From positions 83,948,001 through 84,012,000 of the forward strand of contig OX597815.1 in the NCBI GenBank assembly GCA_951406725.2: a stretch of DNA of 64,000 nucleotides. The letters run 5' to 3'. This stretch comes from Octopus vulgaris. Its lineage: Eukaryota. Made by a program: the position numbers and the translations under genes. Below are positions 12,945-26,614 of the stretch, in pieces. Positions within the stretch are counted from its first letter, which is position 1. Each line of letters starts with the position of its first letter. The notes below the pieces were generated by a model. The model searched no databases and had not been told where the DNA came from. It saw only the letters and a program-made list of their open reading frames with translations.

Positions 12945-13874
12945 GAACCAAAGAATCAAAGCGGCCGAAGAATCAAAGAGCTCGTCTTCGTTTCGCTCAC
13001 GAATGTGTCATTTGAACAGAAGAACAGTGGTCGCAGGTTCATTTTAGTCATGAATCGAAGTTTAATGCTATTGGTTCCAATAGGGGGAGTGTACGTCCGA
13101 CGTGGAAGTGGCAGGGGAAATGTTATCTCGTGCTTATGTGAAGAAGACAGTGCAATATGCAGGAGGCAGTGTAATGGTATTGGGAGGGATCTCTGCTGCA
13201 GGACCTGGTCGACTTATTCACTTACAAGAAACTGTCAATGCTGAAATCTTCAAGCAGATTCTTAGACTGCATGCCCTTTCTCATCTCCGATCCTCGTCGG
13301 TTAAACCTCCTATCTTCGTGCAGGAATAATGCTCCCTGTCGCACTCGAAGAAAGTCAAAGATTTTTTGAGTGATGAAGGGGTTGATCTCATGGACTGGCC
13401 ACCTCAAAGTCCCGATCTCAACCCTATAGAAAACGTCTGGAATATTATTGGAGATGGAGCTCGAAGGAGAGCTCCAAAGAACCAATATGAGATCTCTGAA
13501 TTATTGAACAATAATATTCCATCATTTTTCATGAAATTATTTCAGTCTTGTATAACAGACGTCAGAAGGTCATTGATAGTATAGGGATGTTCGCAAAATA
13601 TTAATAGTAGGGGTTTCATTTTTGCTCTTGTTCCATTTTTCATTGTTTTTCTAAGTCACACTTAAATTTTGGCTGTTGCAGTTTGGAATATAATCTGTTT
13701 GTTTCCTAATGACTTACGAAATATTTATTCCATTCACTTGAAGCTTCACGAAAGATAGATATTAAATACATCAACATATGTGTAGAATATCTAGACTCAA
13801 CGTTTCGTTAATATTCTATAATAAATATTTCAATGCACTTGTTCTTAATGGCCATCATATTATGACCGCTACTG
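12945..13874 (+). mobile_element. Tc1-like DDE transposon, 5'-truncated pseudogene with right terminus
   Basis: Frameshifted translation: WSQVHFSHESKFN, KTVQYAGGSVMVLGGISAAGPGRL, DWPPQSPDLNPIENVW. Ends ...gctactg|TA at 13874. Confidence 0.92.
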
Positions 13875-14189
13875 TATATATATATAAATACAGTGGTTTG
13901 ATCTTTGAACTTGTGTTGACGGTAACGTGTTCAAATCTTCACAGCATATTACAAACGCTAAATGAATAAATAAAATTGTCTTTGTGTGTTTTAGAATGGC
14001 TATTATGTGTCTTCAATGCAGCAAACGTTTTAACGTTCTACATATACATACATATATATATGTGTGTGTGTGTGTATAAAGATATATATAATTCATATCC
14101 ACTTGAAAGACAAGAAAATGGTGATGTGAAAGTTACTTCTTTATATCCATTTACTTTCTTGTTTTAAATGAGTAAAAAGTACATGCTTA

Positions 14190-14343
14190 ATGTACATTAG
14201 TTACATTATTTACATTTGTCGGATATTTGTCCTGATCTTGTTTGTTGTCAACACAACATTTCGGCTGATATACCCTCCAGCCTTCATAAGGTGTCTTGAG
14301 GAAATTTCGAACCTGTTTTTCTCATTCCTAAGGTATTTTTCGA

Positions 14344-14387
<44 letters not shown>

Positions 14388-14615
14388 TATGTTTGAGTTT
14401 TGCTTTATATTTGTACAAGTTGGCTCCAAGTCTCACCCAGAGACCTCAAGAGACAACAGGTTGGAAGTTCATGTTGTTGTTATGCCTAGTGTGCCATATG
14501 TTTTTGTTTGGGGGGGCGGAGTTTTTGGTGTTGTACTAATTATTCAGGTCACTGTCTGGAGTCGAAACCGGAATGTTGGGGTTAGTAGCCCGTGGTCTTA
14601 ACCACTACGCCATAT
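14190..14615 (-). mobile_element. tRNA-headed SINE with hammerhead tail (family B), copy 1
   Basis: Minus strand: head tatggcgtagtggttaagaccacgggctactaacccc...gtttcgactcc (14544-14615), (AAT)n, then a tail with a degenerate HHR (14250-14295). Homologous to 39591-39857. Confidence 0.85.
14388..14535 (-). mobile_element. Secondary insertion inside the family-B SINE (possible LINE 3' UTR with AAT tail)
   Basis: Absent from the 39.6-kb copy; sits in the AAT tract and ends ...aaactcaaacatag(aat)n on the minus strand. Confidence 0.5.
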
Positions 14616-14660
14616 ATATATATATATACATATATATGTATGTATATATACATATATACG

Positions 14661-14704
<44 letters not shown>

Positions 14705-14932
14705 CGTATATATATGTGTATATATACATATTTATTTGTATGTATATATGTATATGTATGTATATATATGTGTGTGTTGTGTGCATGTATACATATATAT
14801 ATTATTTAATGGAACGCTACGCATCCATTTCTAAGTAAGTATATATGTATATATATATATGTGTGTGTGTGTATGTGTGTGTGAGTGTGTATGTGTGTAT
14901 GTATATATCTAAAAGGATATATAAAGATATAT

Positions 14933-14994
<62 letters not shown>

Positions 14995-15479
14995 GAAATA
15001 TGCATACTTACATGTGCCTTTATACCTAGATATTTGTATATGTTTTATATATTTGTATTATGTATGTCTGTGTCCATGTAAGTATGTATGTAAGCATAGG
15101 TACATAAATACCTCTATGCTTGCGTGCATTATTAGTTACGTAGATATATACATTGATACGTACATACCGATTCCAGATCAAAAATTATGGAACACCTGCA
15201 AAATTCTATTCTTAAGCACATTCTGAAAAAAAAAATATCCGACATTACTGTAGTAATCAGATTCTTTTCTCATGAATTCTTTTTTAATGTTGATGCGAAT
15301 TATTCTTTTGTTTTTTACGTTGTACTGTTGAAAATTTGCAAACGTATCTGTTACTATTTTTATTTCGTATATGTATCCATTCCTTCCTTTATCTAAACTT
15401 TATTCCTTGAATATTTGTATGCAAACTTCACTTATGTCTATCATCATTTTTATCTATTGATTTTATACAATTAGAACGT

Positions 15480-17140
15480 AGGAGAATGCCATTGTAATTA
15501 CTAGTGTAGCAATACAACTAGCTTAGAAATAAGAAAGTATGCAGAATTAGATCTATAGTAATTTTTATCACTGTAAGTGTGGGCACAAGCCAATGTTTAC
15601 GACTGCTTGAGACGATGATAGAAGCGGCCATTTTTCTCTTGTTGCAGCTCATCATGGTTTGCTTGATTCTACATCTAGTTTTTTGTGGTATGATAAAGTA
15701 GCTAAAGCCGGTTATTAAAATGTCAATAAAATCGTGCCAAACACCAATTATTTATATACTGACCCAAAGTTGATGGGCTGAATATTGTTATACAAGGTGT
15801 AACGATATAATTTATACCATGACGTATCAATAGTGATAAAAATGTGAAAGTACCTAATTTCACCTATTTTCAAACTGTTGCTGAAAACAGCGGTATGCAT
15901 CTCTGTATAAGTATTTATTTTAGACTTTATAGCTCCCACTAATAGTAGTAATGGTAGAAAAATGTAAATTTTCTGCTATGTATGATAAAAATCATAGTAT
16001 TAGCCCATTTAAAAAAAAACTGACATAAAAGGCAACTTAAACATTTTATTTATTATTATAAAAAGAAATTAAAACATCAAAACCACTTAAAAGGGACATC
16101 AGCCAGAAAAATATCGACCGGTAGAATAATGTTGTTGAGATTAAAAGATATGAGATTTCAGAAACTAATCTAAAGAAAAAACAGGTCATCTCTTTATCGA
16201 AGAAGATCACTAAAAAGTGAAGGAAGAAAGCTATTGAACAAATGGCTGTAGAATTAATACCGTTGAGCATGCTAAAAAGCCGAGTTATCTTGGGCGGGGA
16301 AACACTTTGCAAATATCGGTTTGTAGTCTATAAATCTTATCTCAATTGATTATCAATTATAAAAACTTATTCTAAACAAATGCATTCACTCGATACGTTG
16401 TAACTAGTCCCATATCTTGGTGCTATAAGTATCGATTTGTTTCTAATGTATCGATTCCCAGCAATTAATACTATAAATAGTATTAGTGTATTGCTTGTCG
16501 CCATGAAGAATAAACAGTGGATAACTATAATTTTGACCATTTCGATATATATAGTTTGAGCTTTCTTCAGTATAATTAATAAAGATTTCATTTATAGAAT
16601 ATATACGAAATATTTGTAGACAGCGCCTTGGAACATTAAGCAATCTGATCCAGTTTATGTCTTCTTTAGGCATTTCAGTTAAGGATATTTTTATGCTTTC
16701 TTTAGTCTTAGAATCACATTCCTCATACGAATTGGAACATTTACAAACTGACTCGACGCATTGATTCTGTTATTCAAATAATTTGATCATTCTGAAATGT
16801 GTCGAATTCTAATAATTCGAGGGCTATCATAGTTCTAGTAATTTAAAACTTGATACTAGTCAAACGATTTTAGAATACATATTATTCTACTAATTCTAGA
16901 ATCTACAAGATCATCGATAAGTTTATGACAAATTATGGCCACAGTCACAGCTCTTGTACGTTCCAATCTTCGGAAAATATATTTTGCTTTCTCGGAATGA
17001 TGTTTATTTATAACTTCACTATATCCAGGCATTGGATTTCTCGCAAGTAAGATTTCATTCATAAATATTCGGATGTCGTGGAGAAAGTATGTCAGTGGTA
17101 ACATTGTGATTTTAGATAAGTTCTCGTTAACACACATTAA
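15480..17140 (-). pseudogene. Highly degenerate Penelope-like reverse transcriptase relic
   Basis: Motif remnants in PLE order across frames: CVNENL, HGDK (~KADK), TRLFSML (~RLYGLP), SGFDVLISFYN (~SFDVxSLFTN), IRYFHIF (~RYVDDIF), NNIQPINF (~NSIHPxIKF), TLSYHKKT (~TSVYRKPT). Confidence 0.5.
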
Positions 17141-17169
17141 CCATGGATTTCTGCATCACCCAATTTGAA

Positions 17170-17305
17170 CGCCTAGGGATTTGCTTCCGATCAACATGGT
17201 TCGGATTTCAGTTCCAGTGTGCAGGATTTAGGGTTAGTGCCTTCTATTACAGCCCCGAATAAAGCAAAGGCTTCTGATTGGATTTGGTAGACGGAAACAG
17301 AAAGT
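17170..17305 (+). mobile_element. SINE family 2 head, diverged
   Basis: Matches the reverse complement of 3054-3211 (…ggatttggtagacggaaacagaaag). Confidence 0.7.
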
Positions 17306-17444
17306 TCATAGTATGTGTAAGGGATAGGAGTGTGAATGTATGTGTGTATGGTGGTTCTTCAAATATTTTTCGATGACATAAGTACCAGGCTTAACAAAGT
17401 AATGAACTGGACTGAATTCTATAAATCTCCCCCCTCTCTCTCTC

Positions 17445-17492
<48 letters not shown>

Positions 17493-17496
<4 letters not shown>

Positions 17497-17699
17497 TAAT
17501 CCAAACATGAAAGCACAAAAAACACAACAACGTGAGGACGTGGAACAAATATAGTATTATTGGACGCTCAGGAAAGAAGGAAAGAAGGAGGGTTTAACGT
17601 TTCGAGCGGAGATCTTCGTCGGAAACATAGGAGAAGGAAAGATCCAGAGAAGGGAAGACAGAGGGAAAAAATCGCCAACAGTACACACGCGGTCACATT

Positions 17700-17703
<4 letters not shown>
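17493..17703 (-). mobile_element. HHR repeat family A, copy 2 (HHR 17592-17626)
   Basis: Reverse complement of 319-525; the HHR has one stem II mismatch; flanked by (TA)n. Confidence 0.85.
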
Positions 17704-17739
<36 letters not shown>

Positions 17740-17759
17740 CACACACACAGACATGTACG

Positions 17760-18019
17760 TATAGCATTTCTTATGCAAAGACAGAAATCCGGGTTCTGGA
17801 ATTATTCAGTAACTTTTTACTAGTTTATCTTGTCTTCTCTCCCGGTGCTGTATGAACATTTAATGTGGTTTTAGAGTCTTGTTTTGGCTGCTATTTCCAG
17901 CGTGGCGGTATCTCTTAGATACCCTAAATTATAAATTTAATAATAATTGTTACCTATGAAGATTTTTTATTCCAACGTTGGCTACTTGATAAGATAGATA
18001 TTTAAATTGACGATCTTTT

Positions 18020-18022
<3 letters not shown>
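17760..18022 (+). mobile_element. HHR repeat family D, copy 1 (5' core lost)
   Basis: Homologous to the reverse complements of 18983-19215 and 19885-20135; retains cagaaatccgggttctggaatt. Confidence 0.7.
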
Positions 18023-18112
<90 letters not shown>

Positions 18113-18125
18113 GTCTCATGAAAAC

Positions 18126-18216
<91 letters not shown>

Positions 18217-18302
18217 CACACACACAAGCACACACATCATGTAACAGACATACTTGCATACCTATGTTTCTGTATATATATTTGCAACACACAGATAATA
18301 TA

Positions 18303-18348
<46 letters not shown>

Positions 18349-18814
18349 GTATAAATAGAAATACGAATATCCAAATTGGCAATCAAATTTCAGGTGACAG
18401 AAATTAAAACATTTCTGTTTGTTTTGGAACAACATTTCATGGTGTTTAATCATAACAAATAATCCTGAGACATTTTTCTCGTTTTTGTCTCGTTTTCGTT
18501 TTTATACAACATTCTTTTCAGCTGTCAATTCCCGATTTCTTTGTTTCTATTGTATCTCTCACTTTGTTTTCGCATTATTCTAATAGCTATTATTATAGTT
18601 TTTCTGTTGTTGTTATTATTACTGTTGTCCTTGTTATTCACAATGAGTAAATTTGTTGAATTTATTCATACCTCTCTGTAGGTTAATTTTGGAAACAATT
18701 AATGTATTGGCAACACTGACATTAATAAAAGCATAATATGAATGATGTACATAAATACATACACAATTACAGACACGCAACATTCTACGACCAAGTACAT
18801 AGAAACAAACTCAC

Positions 18815-18890
<76 letters not shown>

Positions 18891-18893
18891 GTA

Positions 18894-18939
<46 letters not shown>

Positions 18940-18982
18940 GTATATATATATATGTATGTATGTATGTATGTATCTATGTATG

Positions 18983-19211
18983 TAATTACTTAAAACTATA
19001 TAATTTTGGTATCTAAGAGATACCACCACGCTGGTAATAGCAGTCAAAACTTAACTCTAAAACCACATTAAATGTTCATACAGCACCAGGGGAGAAGACA
19101 AAGAGACAAAATGAACTCGCAAAAAAATGACTGGATAATTCCAGATCCCGGAATTCTACATTAACAAATGCTGTACCTTCATCAGTGGAATATACACAGA
19201 TAACAGATAAA

Positions 19212-19215
<4 letters not shown>
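18983..19215 (-). mobile_element. HHR repeat family D, copy 2 (HHR remnant 19138-19191)
   Basis: Minus strand: attcca-ctgatga-agg...tagaattccgggatc-tggaat. Confidence 0.7.
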
Positions 19216-19279
<64 letters not shown>

Positions 19280-19282
<3 letters not shown>

Positions 19283-19491
19283 GTGAGGATAAAATTCTTT
19301 TAAAAAAAAAATTTTCTCGAAAACAATTTTATTAATGGCCAGCATATTAAAAAATACCTTTAACGGTTAAATTTATAAACAATTCATAAATGAGGGCAAA
19401 GGAAAAATTTCTAATGCCAAATATGTCCAATCTTTCGGCATATTTGGCATTAGAAATGTTTTCCTTTGCCCTCATTTATGAATTGTTTATA
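19280..19491. repeat. Short element ending in a ~52-bp near-perfect hairpin
   Basis: 19374-19432 pairs with 19439-19491 with a single 1-nt indel; the element sits between TA arrays. Confidence 0.8.
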
Positions 19492-19497
19492 TATATA

Positions 19498-19668
19498 TAC
19501 CAGATAAGCCACCCATAATTGGATACAACTCACCCAACAAGAACTCACTACTTGAACAAAACTTGACTTAAACAGGATTCGAATAATCCTATCAGGTGGT
19601 GCTATTAAGTTAGACATGGCCTGGACCAATCTCTGGTCGAAACATATCTAAGTTTTATCTAAGTTTTA
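19498..19668 (+). mobile_element. CR1/L2-group LINE 3' end
   Basis: PDKPPIIGYNSPNKNSLLE then a 3' UTR with an (atctaagtttt)2 tail; homologous to 53838-54230. Confidence 0.8.
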
Positions 19669-19711
19669 TATATATATATACAGCATACGATATACTTACA
19701 TTTACGAACGT

Positions 19712-19766
<55 letters not shown>

Positions 19767-19884
19767 GGTATGCTACGACCAATTTAAATTGCCCGCTTAA
19801 AATTCCTCCTGCAATATACTCAGAATACCACCACAGTGAATATAATGACAAAATAAATGTATGAATTAATATAAATAAGGATAA

Positions 19885-20135
19885 GATCGATTTTTAAATA
19901 CCGATTTTATTAGGCGACCAACATGGGAATAAAAACCTTCAAAGGTAGTAATTATTTAAAATTATAATTCAATGTATCTAAGTACACACGGGAAATAGCA
20001 GTCGAAACTCTAAAACCGCATTCAATTTTCACACAGCACCAGGAGTGAAGACAAGATAATTCTAGATCCGGATTTCTGGCTCTGCATAAGATATTCTCTG
20101 CCTTCATCAGTGGAATATACAAAGATAGCACATAG
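19885..20135 (-). mobile_element. HHR repeat family D, copy 3
   Basis: Homologous to the two copies above; carries the best-preserved HHR. Confidence 0.75.
20059..20116 (-). ncRNA. Type I hammerhead ribozyme (family D)
   Basis: ATTCCA-CTGATGA-AGGC...GCC-A-GAA-ATCCGGAT-C-TAGAAT. Stem III is the palindrome ATCCGGAT, with an AUC triplet. The other copies read TGGAAT, which completes stem I. Confidence 0.65.
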
Positions 20136-20986
20136 ATACATATATATATATACAACATACCATATACTTAAATATACGAACGTATACATATATATGCGCG
20201 TATGCACACGTCCAATTTAAATTGCCCACCTAAAACTCCTCGTGCGATATGGTCAGAATACCACCGCAGTGAATATAATGACGAAATAAATATATAAATT
20301 TATATAAATAAGGATATATATATATATAAATATAAAAGAAGAAATGTAGATGACAATGCACACAGAACAAATTAGACTTGATTAGAATATACTAACATAT
20401 TAACATATAGGCATACACTTGACCGGTTCACAATATATGCTAAAAGTGTATAGCGTCACGAATTACGCCTATTCTAACCCTTATAAATGTTTTACGAATT
20501 GTCTCAGAACGTCACAGACACACATTTGCATATATATATATAAGACATCAAAATCCGAAATCGCGGTCCGGCCATATACGCTTGGGACTTACTCCCCTTT
20601 ATCAGTCATTAAGTTCAGTGGTTTCGTAGCTTTGAGTTATTTTAACTCTTATTTTTTGCAAAGGCGGTGCTAAATCTGTAACATTTGTCACTTTTGTGAC
20701 CTCTATTAATTTTGCGTTTAGGTTCTAATTGCTTATAAGCCACGCTTTTTAATTCGTTAATATCGAATAAACTACGTCATCCCTATAATTATATAATACA
20801 TATATATATATATATATAATCAATTCATTTAGATTAGATGTATAAACCGTTTAATATAGTTATACTATTGATTGCAATATGCAGATATGCAAACCATAGA
20901 TTACTTTGGCATATATACGCCCTTTCCTTATTGTTATGTATGAATGCGTATATATACACATTTATATATATATATATATATAATTT

Positions 20987-21034
<48 letters not shown>

Positions 21035-21117
21035 ATAATAAATATTAGGGAATAAATCCAAATTTACAGGGAAATATATATATATAATTTTTAAATTTCT
21101 TATATGTATATATATAT

Positions 21118-21181
<64 letters not shown>

Positions 21182-22205
21182 GTATATATATATATATAAT
21201 TAAGTATATATGTATATATAATTGTGTCTGTATGTATGTGTATGTGTGTGTTTGTGTACATAGATTTGTATACCTGTTAGTATTTCCGAGTCTCTTCTGT
21301 ATCTATTTATATTTTTACATGAGCGTCAATATATAAGGCTGTTCTGTCTTCTATATATCATGTCTAAAACAATAATCGTGTTTTGATCTTATATTTCATT
21401 ATTTTTCCGGATGAAATATTTTCACCTCGTATAAATTAATTTTTTTTTGGCATCAATTGCGTAAATATATGGATGATGATGTTTATATTTCATATGTGGA
21501 AACGGCTGATAGAGCAATGAATTCTTTGATTTAAATTATTCTAAATATTTTGCCCTAAACTAGATTTACTAAATTTACCTCTATTCATTCCAATTATATT
21601 TCTTATAGCGAAGTAACGATATTTTGAGTTACGACACATTTAATAAGGAGCACTTAATATCAGTGGAAGCCTTATGTTGAAGCACGAAATCTATGCGTTC
21701 CTGTGCAGAGAGAGAGACAGAGACAGAGACAGAGACAGAGAGAGTGAGAGAGAGAGAGAGAGGGGTAGATAGATAGATAGATAGAAACAGAGATAGAGGT
21801 ACTGTTATGTTGCCTTATATTACAACATATTACATTTCAAATGTGGTTTTTCATGTACATTCTTGTATATAAAATACAGCATAGCTAGAGTTATGTGAGA
21901 TTCAGAGTTCACTATATTACTAAGAAATCAGGTTGAAAATAGCTGACTGGTGTAGTGGGGGGCATAGTTGTATTTGTGAGCTTTTTATATTAATATTTAA
22001 AAGTCATACTGGTGTGGAAGTATCAATTTTATGAAATGCAAAGACGTAGGACGAGTTTGTAGGTAGGAATCAGAACATGGATTCACCAAATTTCCATACT
22101 CACACGTCTATTTAGACTTGGAAGTATAAAAATCAGAATTACAAATATATATATATAAATATTATAATTAATATTTTATTTAGTTGTAAAGAACGTATAT
22201 ATTGC

Positions 22206-22247
<42 letters not shown>

Positions 22248-22255
22248 GAGAGAGA

Positions 22256-22256
22256 G

Positions 22257-22354
<98 letters not shown>

Positions 22355-22428
22355 GCAGGCAGGCAGGCAGACAGACAGCCAGACGGACAGCCATACAGAC
22401 AGACAGACAGACAGATAGATAGATAGAT
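22256..22428. repeat. (GATA)n/(GACA)n/(GGCA)n compound microsatellite
   Basis: Directly visible. Confidence 0.95.
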
Positions 22429-23456
22429 ATGTTTCTTTATTAGCCACATAGGGCTGCACACAGATAGAACAAATTACAAGGTAGAGCTTTTCTTTTGAAG
22501 GTTTAAAAAAAAAAAAAAAAAGAAAAAAGGAAGGGGGAGTTTCGATCAAAAGGGATCGTAAAAGGAGAGAAAGAGGACAAAAAAAAGGGGGGCTAAAAAA
22601 AGGGGGAGAGGAAAAAAAAAATGATCAATAGGGATCGTTATCATAGAAATGTCAATATGAAGTGTAAAGGGGAGGACAGGTGAGCTTTACCCGTGGAAAG
22701 AAAAGCCTACGGAAAAGACCACGGTAACCTCGGTCAATGGAGTCACATGTTATATTTCTTTTTTTCTTTTTTTGCAAATAAGCAACTCTCTGTTTTCAAT
22801 TTCTGGGTTCATAGGATCATGCTCAAGGTGGCTTCGTCATTCATACGTGCCATTCTTGCTACATTCACCCATCTTTTTTTAAAACATTCGCTAGACAAAA
22901 CTTGCCTCTCTACTCTCACTTTCCTTTTCAAGTGGTACTTGAAGAAGTTGATGAGAGATTGACCAGAGAGGAAAGTGTTTGTCTCCAATCCTTTCAGACG
23001 CGTCCACCAGATACATTCTTTCGCCATAGCCACAAGGATGATGAAAATAGCTCTTCCTTCCCGTTTGAAGGAGGGAGGCGTGACAATATTGACGATAGAC
23101 TCAGCTGATAAACCGACTCGTCCCACACGTGACAGAAGTTGTTCGACACAAGCCCACAGGTCGGAAATTGTTGGACACTGCACGAGTGCGTGCAGAACGG
23201 TTTCGTCGCTCTGACCGCATCTCGGGCAGGTCGGCCCCGTGTTTCTCGAGCCGTGTCTGTAGAGCTTATCCCGAACAGGTAGCGCTTCTCGGTAGCACTG
23301 CCAGGCCAGGGATCTCTGGAAGTTGTCCATGGGCCCTGGCCCGAAAGTCGTCCTGAACAGGCGGGTCAGGTACTCCTCGTCGACGTCCAGGTTCGCCCCG
23401 AGCTCGTCGTCGTACCTCCCCTCCACTAAACCCCTGTAGAATGCTTTGGTTGTGTT
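22428..23456 (-). mobile_element. Tx1/L1-like LINE, young 5'-truncated copy
   Basis: Open frame 22809-23456 with zf-RVT-like WQCYREALPVRDKL and CCHC knuckle CPRCGQSDETVLHALVQC; ~380-bp 3' UTR ending aataaagaaaca followed by (TATC)n. Confidence 0.9.
22809..23456 (-). CDS. LINE ORF2 C-terminal fragment (zinc-knuckle region); no genuine start codon
   Basis: Part of track ORF 22809..23516, whose first ~20 codons come from the adjacent tail and microsatellite. Confidence 0.8.
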   Translation of the reverse strand, partial: NTTKAFYRGLVEGRYDDELGANLDVDEEYLTRLFRTTFGPGPMDNFQRSLAWQCYREALPVRDKLYRHGSRNTGPTCPRCGQSDETVLHALVQCPTISDLWACVEQLLSRVGRVGLSAESIVNIVTPPSFKREGRAIFIILVAMAKECIWWTRLKGLETNTFLSGQSLINFFKYHLKRKVRVERQVLSSECFKKRWVNVARMARMNDEATLSMIL

Positions 23457-23482
23457 GATAGATAGATAGATAGATAGATAGA

Positions 23483-23988
<506 letters not shown>

Positions 23989-24539
23989 GTCAGTCTCCTC
24001 CCACAAATAAATTCCTTTTTCTTTCTCATCCACTTTCTCCTTGTCCCAGTTTCTCGCGTATATATAGATAAATAGGTTGATAAATAGATCGATATCACTT
24101 ATATACTCATACGCACAGCACTTATATATGCACGCACGGTTATATAAAGCAATTTACAAATGACTATATGCATGAATGTTCATAGTCAAACGAATAAATA
24201 CACATATCCACATATGTATTCGTGTTTGTGTGTGTGTGTGTGTATGTGTGTGTGTGCGTGTGTGTGTGTACGTGCGTGTCGCAGTGTATTTGCAAGCGTC
24301 ACAAGTGACGAGGAGGTAATCATCGTTTGTAACCTTGTTGGTGTATAGAAGAAATATGCCCGGAAAAAAGAAAAGTATAATTCAAGAGAGAGCGAGGAGA
24401 ACGCGCAAGATGTAACACCCTAGCTGAATAATGCCATTATGGAAATTAGATGAACTGACATACATGTTAAGAAAATATGTTGAAATAGGACAAAATAGAT
24501 CTAGATGAACACACGCATGTGTGTGTATAGATAGGTAGG

Positions 24540-24619
<80 letters not shown>

Positions 24620-24990
24620 GGGAGAGAGAGAGAGAGAAAGAGAAATAGATAGACACATGCACACACATATATATATTTATGGATGCTGATAACAAGTGTC
24701 CCTTATATATACTAAATATCTCCAGCCAAATCCCTACTTAAATGGGCTTTTAAATTTTCATCCGCTACAAAAGTCTTCAATAAGGAACTTGTCATTCACG
24801 CATTATTTTGTAATGTGTACAGTAACAGATTAGTGAACGGAGTCATAGAAAAACACAAGATTCAGAATGGATGTAGAACGTACCAAAAATGCACAAAGTT
24901 TGCATATTGTACGTTAAAAGAAACAAATGTATTAAAACTCATAAATCAGAATGCGACGTATATCCTACTTAACAACAAACTCATAGAATA

Positions 24991-25830
24991 CGAGGACTGA
25001 CAAGTGAATTCATCGGCTGACCGAGATTCTCTCATTGAATGTGACCAAAATAGGTTTATTTATCAAAATAGTCCCCCTTGCAGTCCACACACTTCTTTTA
25101 TTGGTGTTGCAGTGCTTGGATCACGTTGATGAAGAAGCTTTCATGTTGATCCAAAAAATCATCAACGGTAGATATAAAGTCATTGTCACACCGAAACTTG
25201 TTCACAGCCAAGTTGTTTTTTTCTTTTTCCTGTTGGGAAACAGATGATAGACAGACGAATCCAAATGAAGAAAATAGGGACGGGGATCAACCAGTTCAAG
25301 AACACAGACATGCACAGTAGCCATTGAAACGAAGAACTTGAGTACTGGAGTGTTGTCCTCATAAATATAACTTTGTTAATCAGTTTCTCTGGACGTTTGG
25401 TTTTGATAGCTTTTCGTAATTGCCTCAACAAGTTGGCATAGTACTCTCCACTGATGGTGTGGCCCTTTTAAAAATAGTCAATAAACACAATGCCGTTTGC
25501 ATTCAAAAATAAACTAAGACCATTTTCTTCCCTTGAGATGAATCGACATTGGCCTTCTTTGAAGCAGGTGGGGAGGAGTGTTGCTACTACATGTAATGTC
25601 TCTTTGTCTTTGACTCAATGTGATGATGCCAACATTCTTCCTGGGTTAGGAAATGTTCAAGGACACTAGCTGTATCTAGCTGAAATAATGTCAGATTTGT
25701 CCGTGATATGATCAGTCTGGTGCATTTTCGATCGGGTGTCAGATGACTTGGCATCCACTGAACAGAAACCATTGTCCTTCCAAGTTCATTGAGCAGAATA
25801 TTCTCAAGTCTCACACGGGATATGCTAATA
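24991..25830 (-). mobile_element. Mariner transposase pseudogene with right terminus
   Basis: WMPSHLT (~WVPHxLT), FLTQEECWHHHIESKTKR (~TxDExWVHHxxPETK), LRQLRKAIKTKRP; terminus TA|cgagg at 24991. Confidence 0.88.
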
Positions 25831-25959
25831 ATCAGTTGCTCTCTTTTTCACTGTTGAGAAAGCTGCCGCGTCATCCCCCAATGTAGCAAGCATATCAGCA
25901 TAAATGTTCTTGGGAAGGCTAGAATGGAAATTATTGAAAAACGAATGGAAATTTTAACA

Positions 25960-26335
25960 AGGCGAACCCACCAAATACTGAACAGTAGCATTCTTCAGGC
26001 ACATTATTAACATACATTATCGTCAGTTGAACATATAGTTTCAACAATTTGACATCACAGCACATTGTAACAGAGTATTTACAATTTAACTGAATTGAAA
26101 AACTAGCTGGCAACGCTACAATATTGAAACTAAACGAATAAATTGCAGGTAAAATAAATCTATATATATATATCATGTCATAAATTTGTATAATCTTTTA
26201 AATTACTGTTGTAATTATTATCAACTTCAACTGTAATCTGATATGCTCTTCAAAAGCGCGATAACAATGCTTTCATATTACCAACACTTTATTCTGATGA
26301 TGGGATACGAGAAGTTTTGAAACGTTAAGAAACTA
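25960..26335 (+). mobile_element. Possible PLE 3' end followed by a degenerate HHR (26291-26332)
   Basis: IEKLA...LNE remnants, then TT-CTGATGA-tgggatacgagaagtttt-GAAA-CG-TT-AA; stem II pairing is poor. Confidence 0.35.
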
Positions 26336-26543
26336 ATGGATTTCAGAAATCAGAAACTTAATGATTCAAATTAAGCATAAAGGAGTAATGAGGAAAATAA
26401 AAACTAAAAGGATACTTAATAACATGCAATACAATTCGAACATAGTTTTGTCTTAACTGTAACATATCTGAAAGGAAAATTCTTTCCTATTTCTTCATAA
26501 TTACACACACATATACTAAAGCACTCACGCAGACACACACGCA

Positions 26544-26614
<71 letters not shown>

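Noticed and set aside
20575-20612. Minus-strand HHR-like ctgataa-agggga-gtaag-tccc
   Set aside because: Both the core and GAAA are damaged and it is single-copy here; listed only as a weak remnant.
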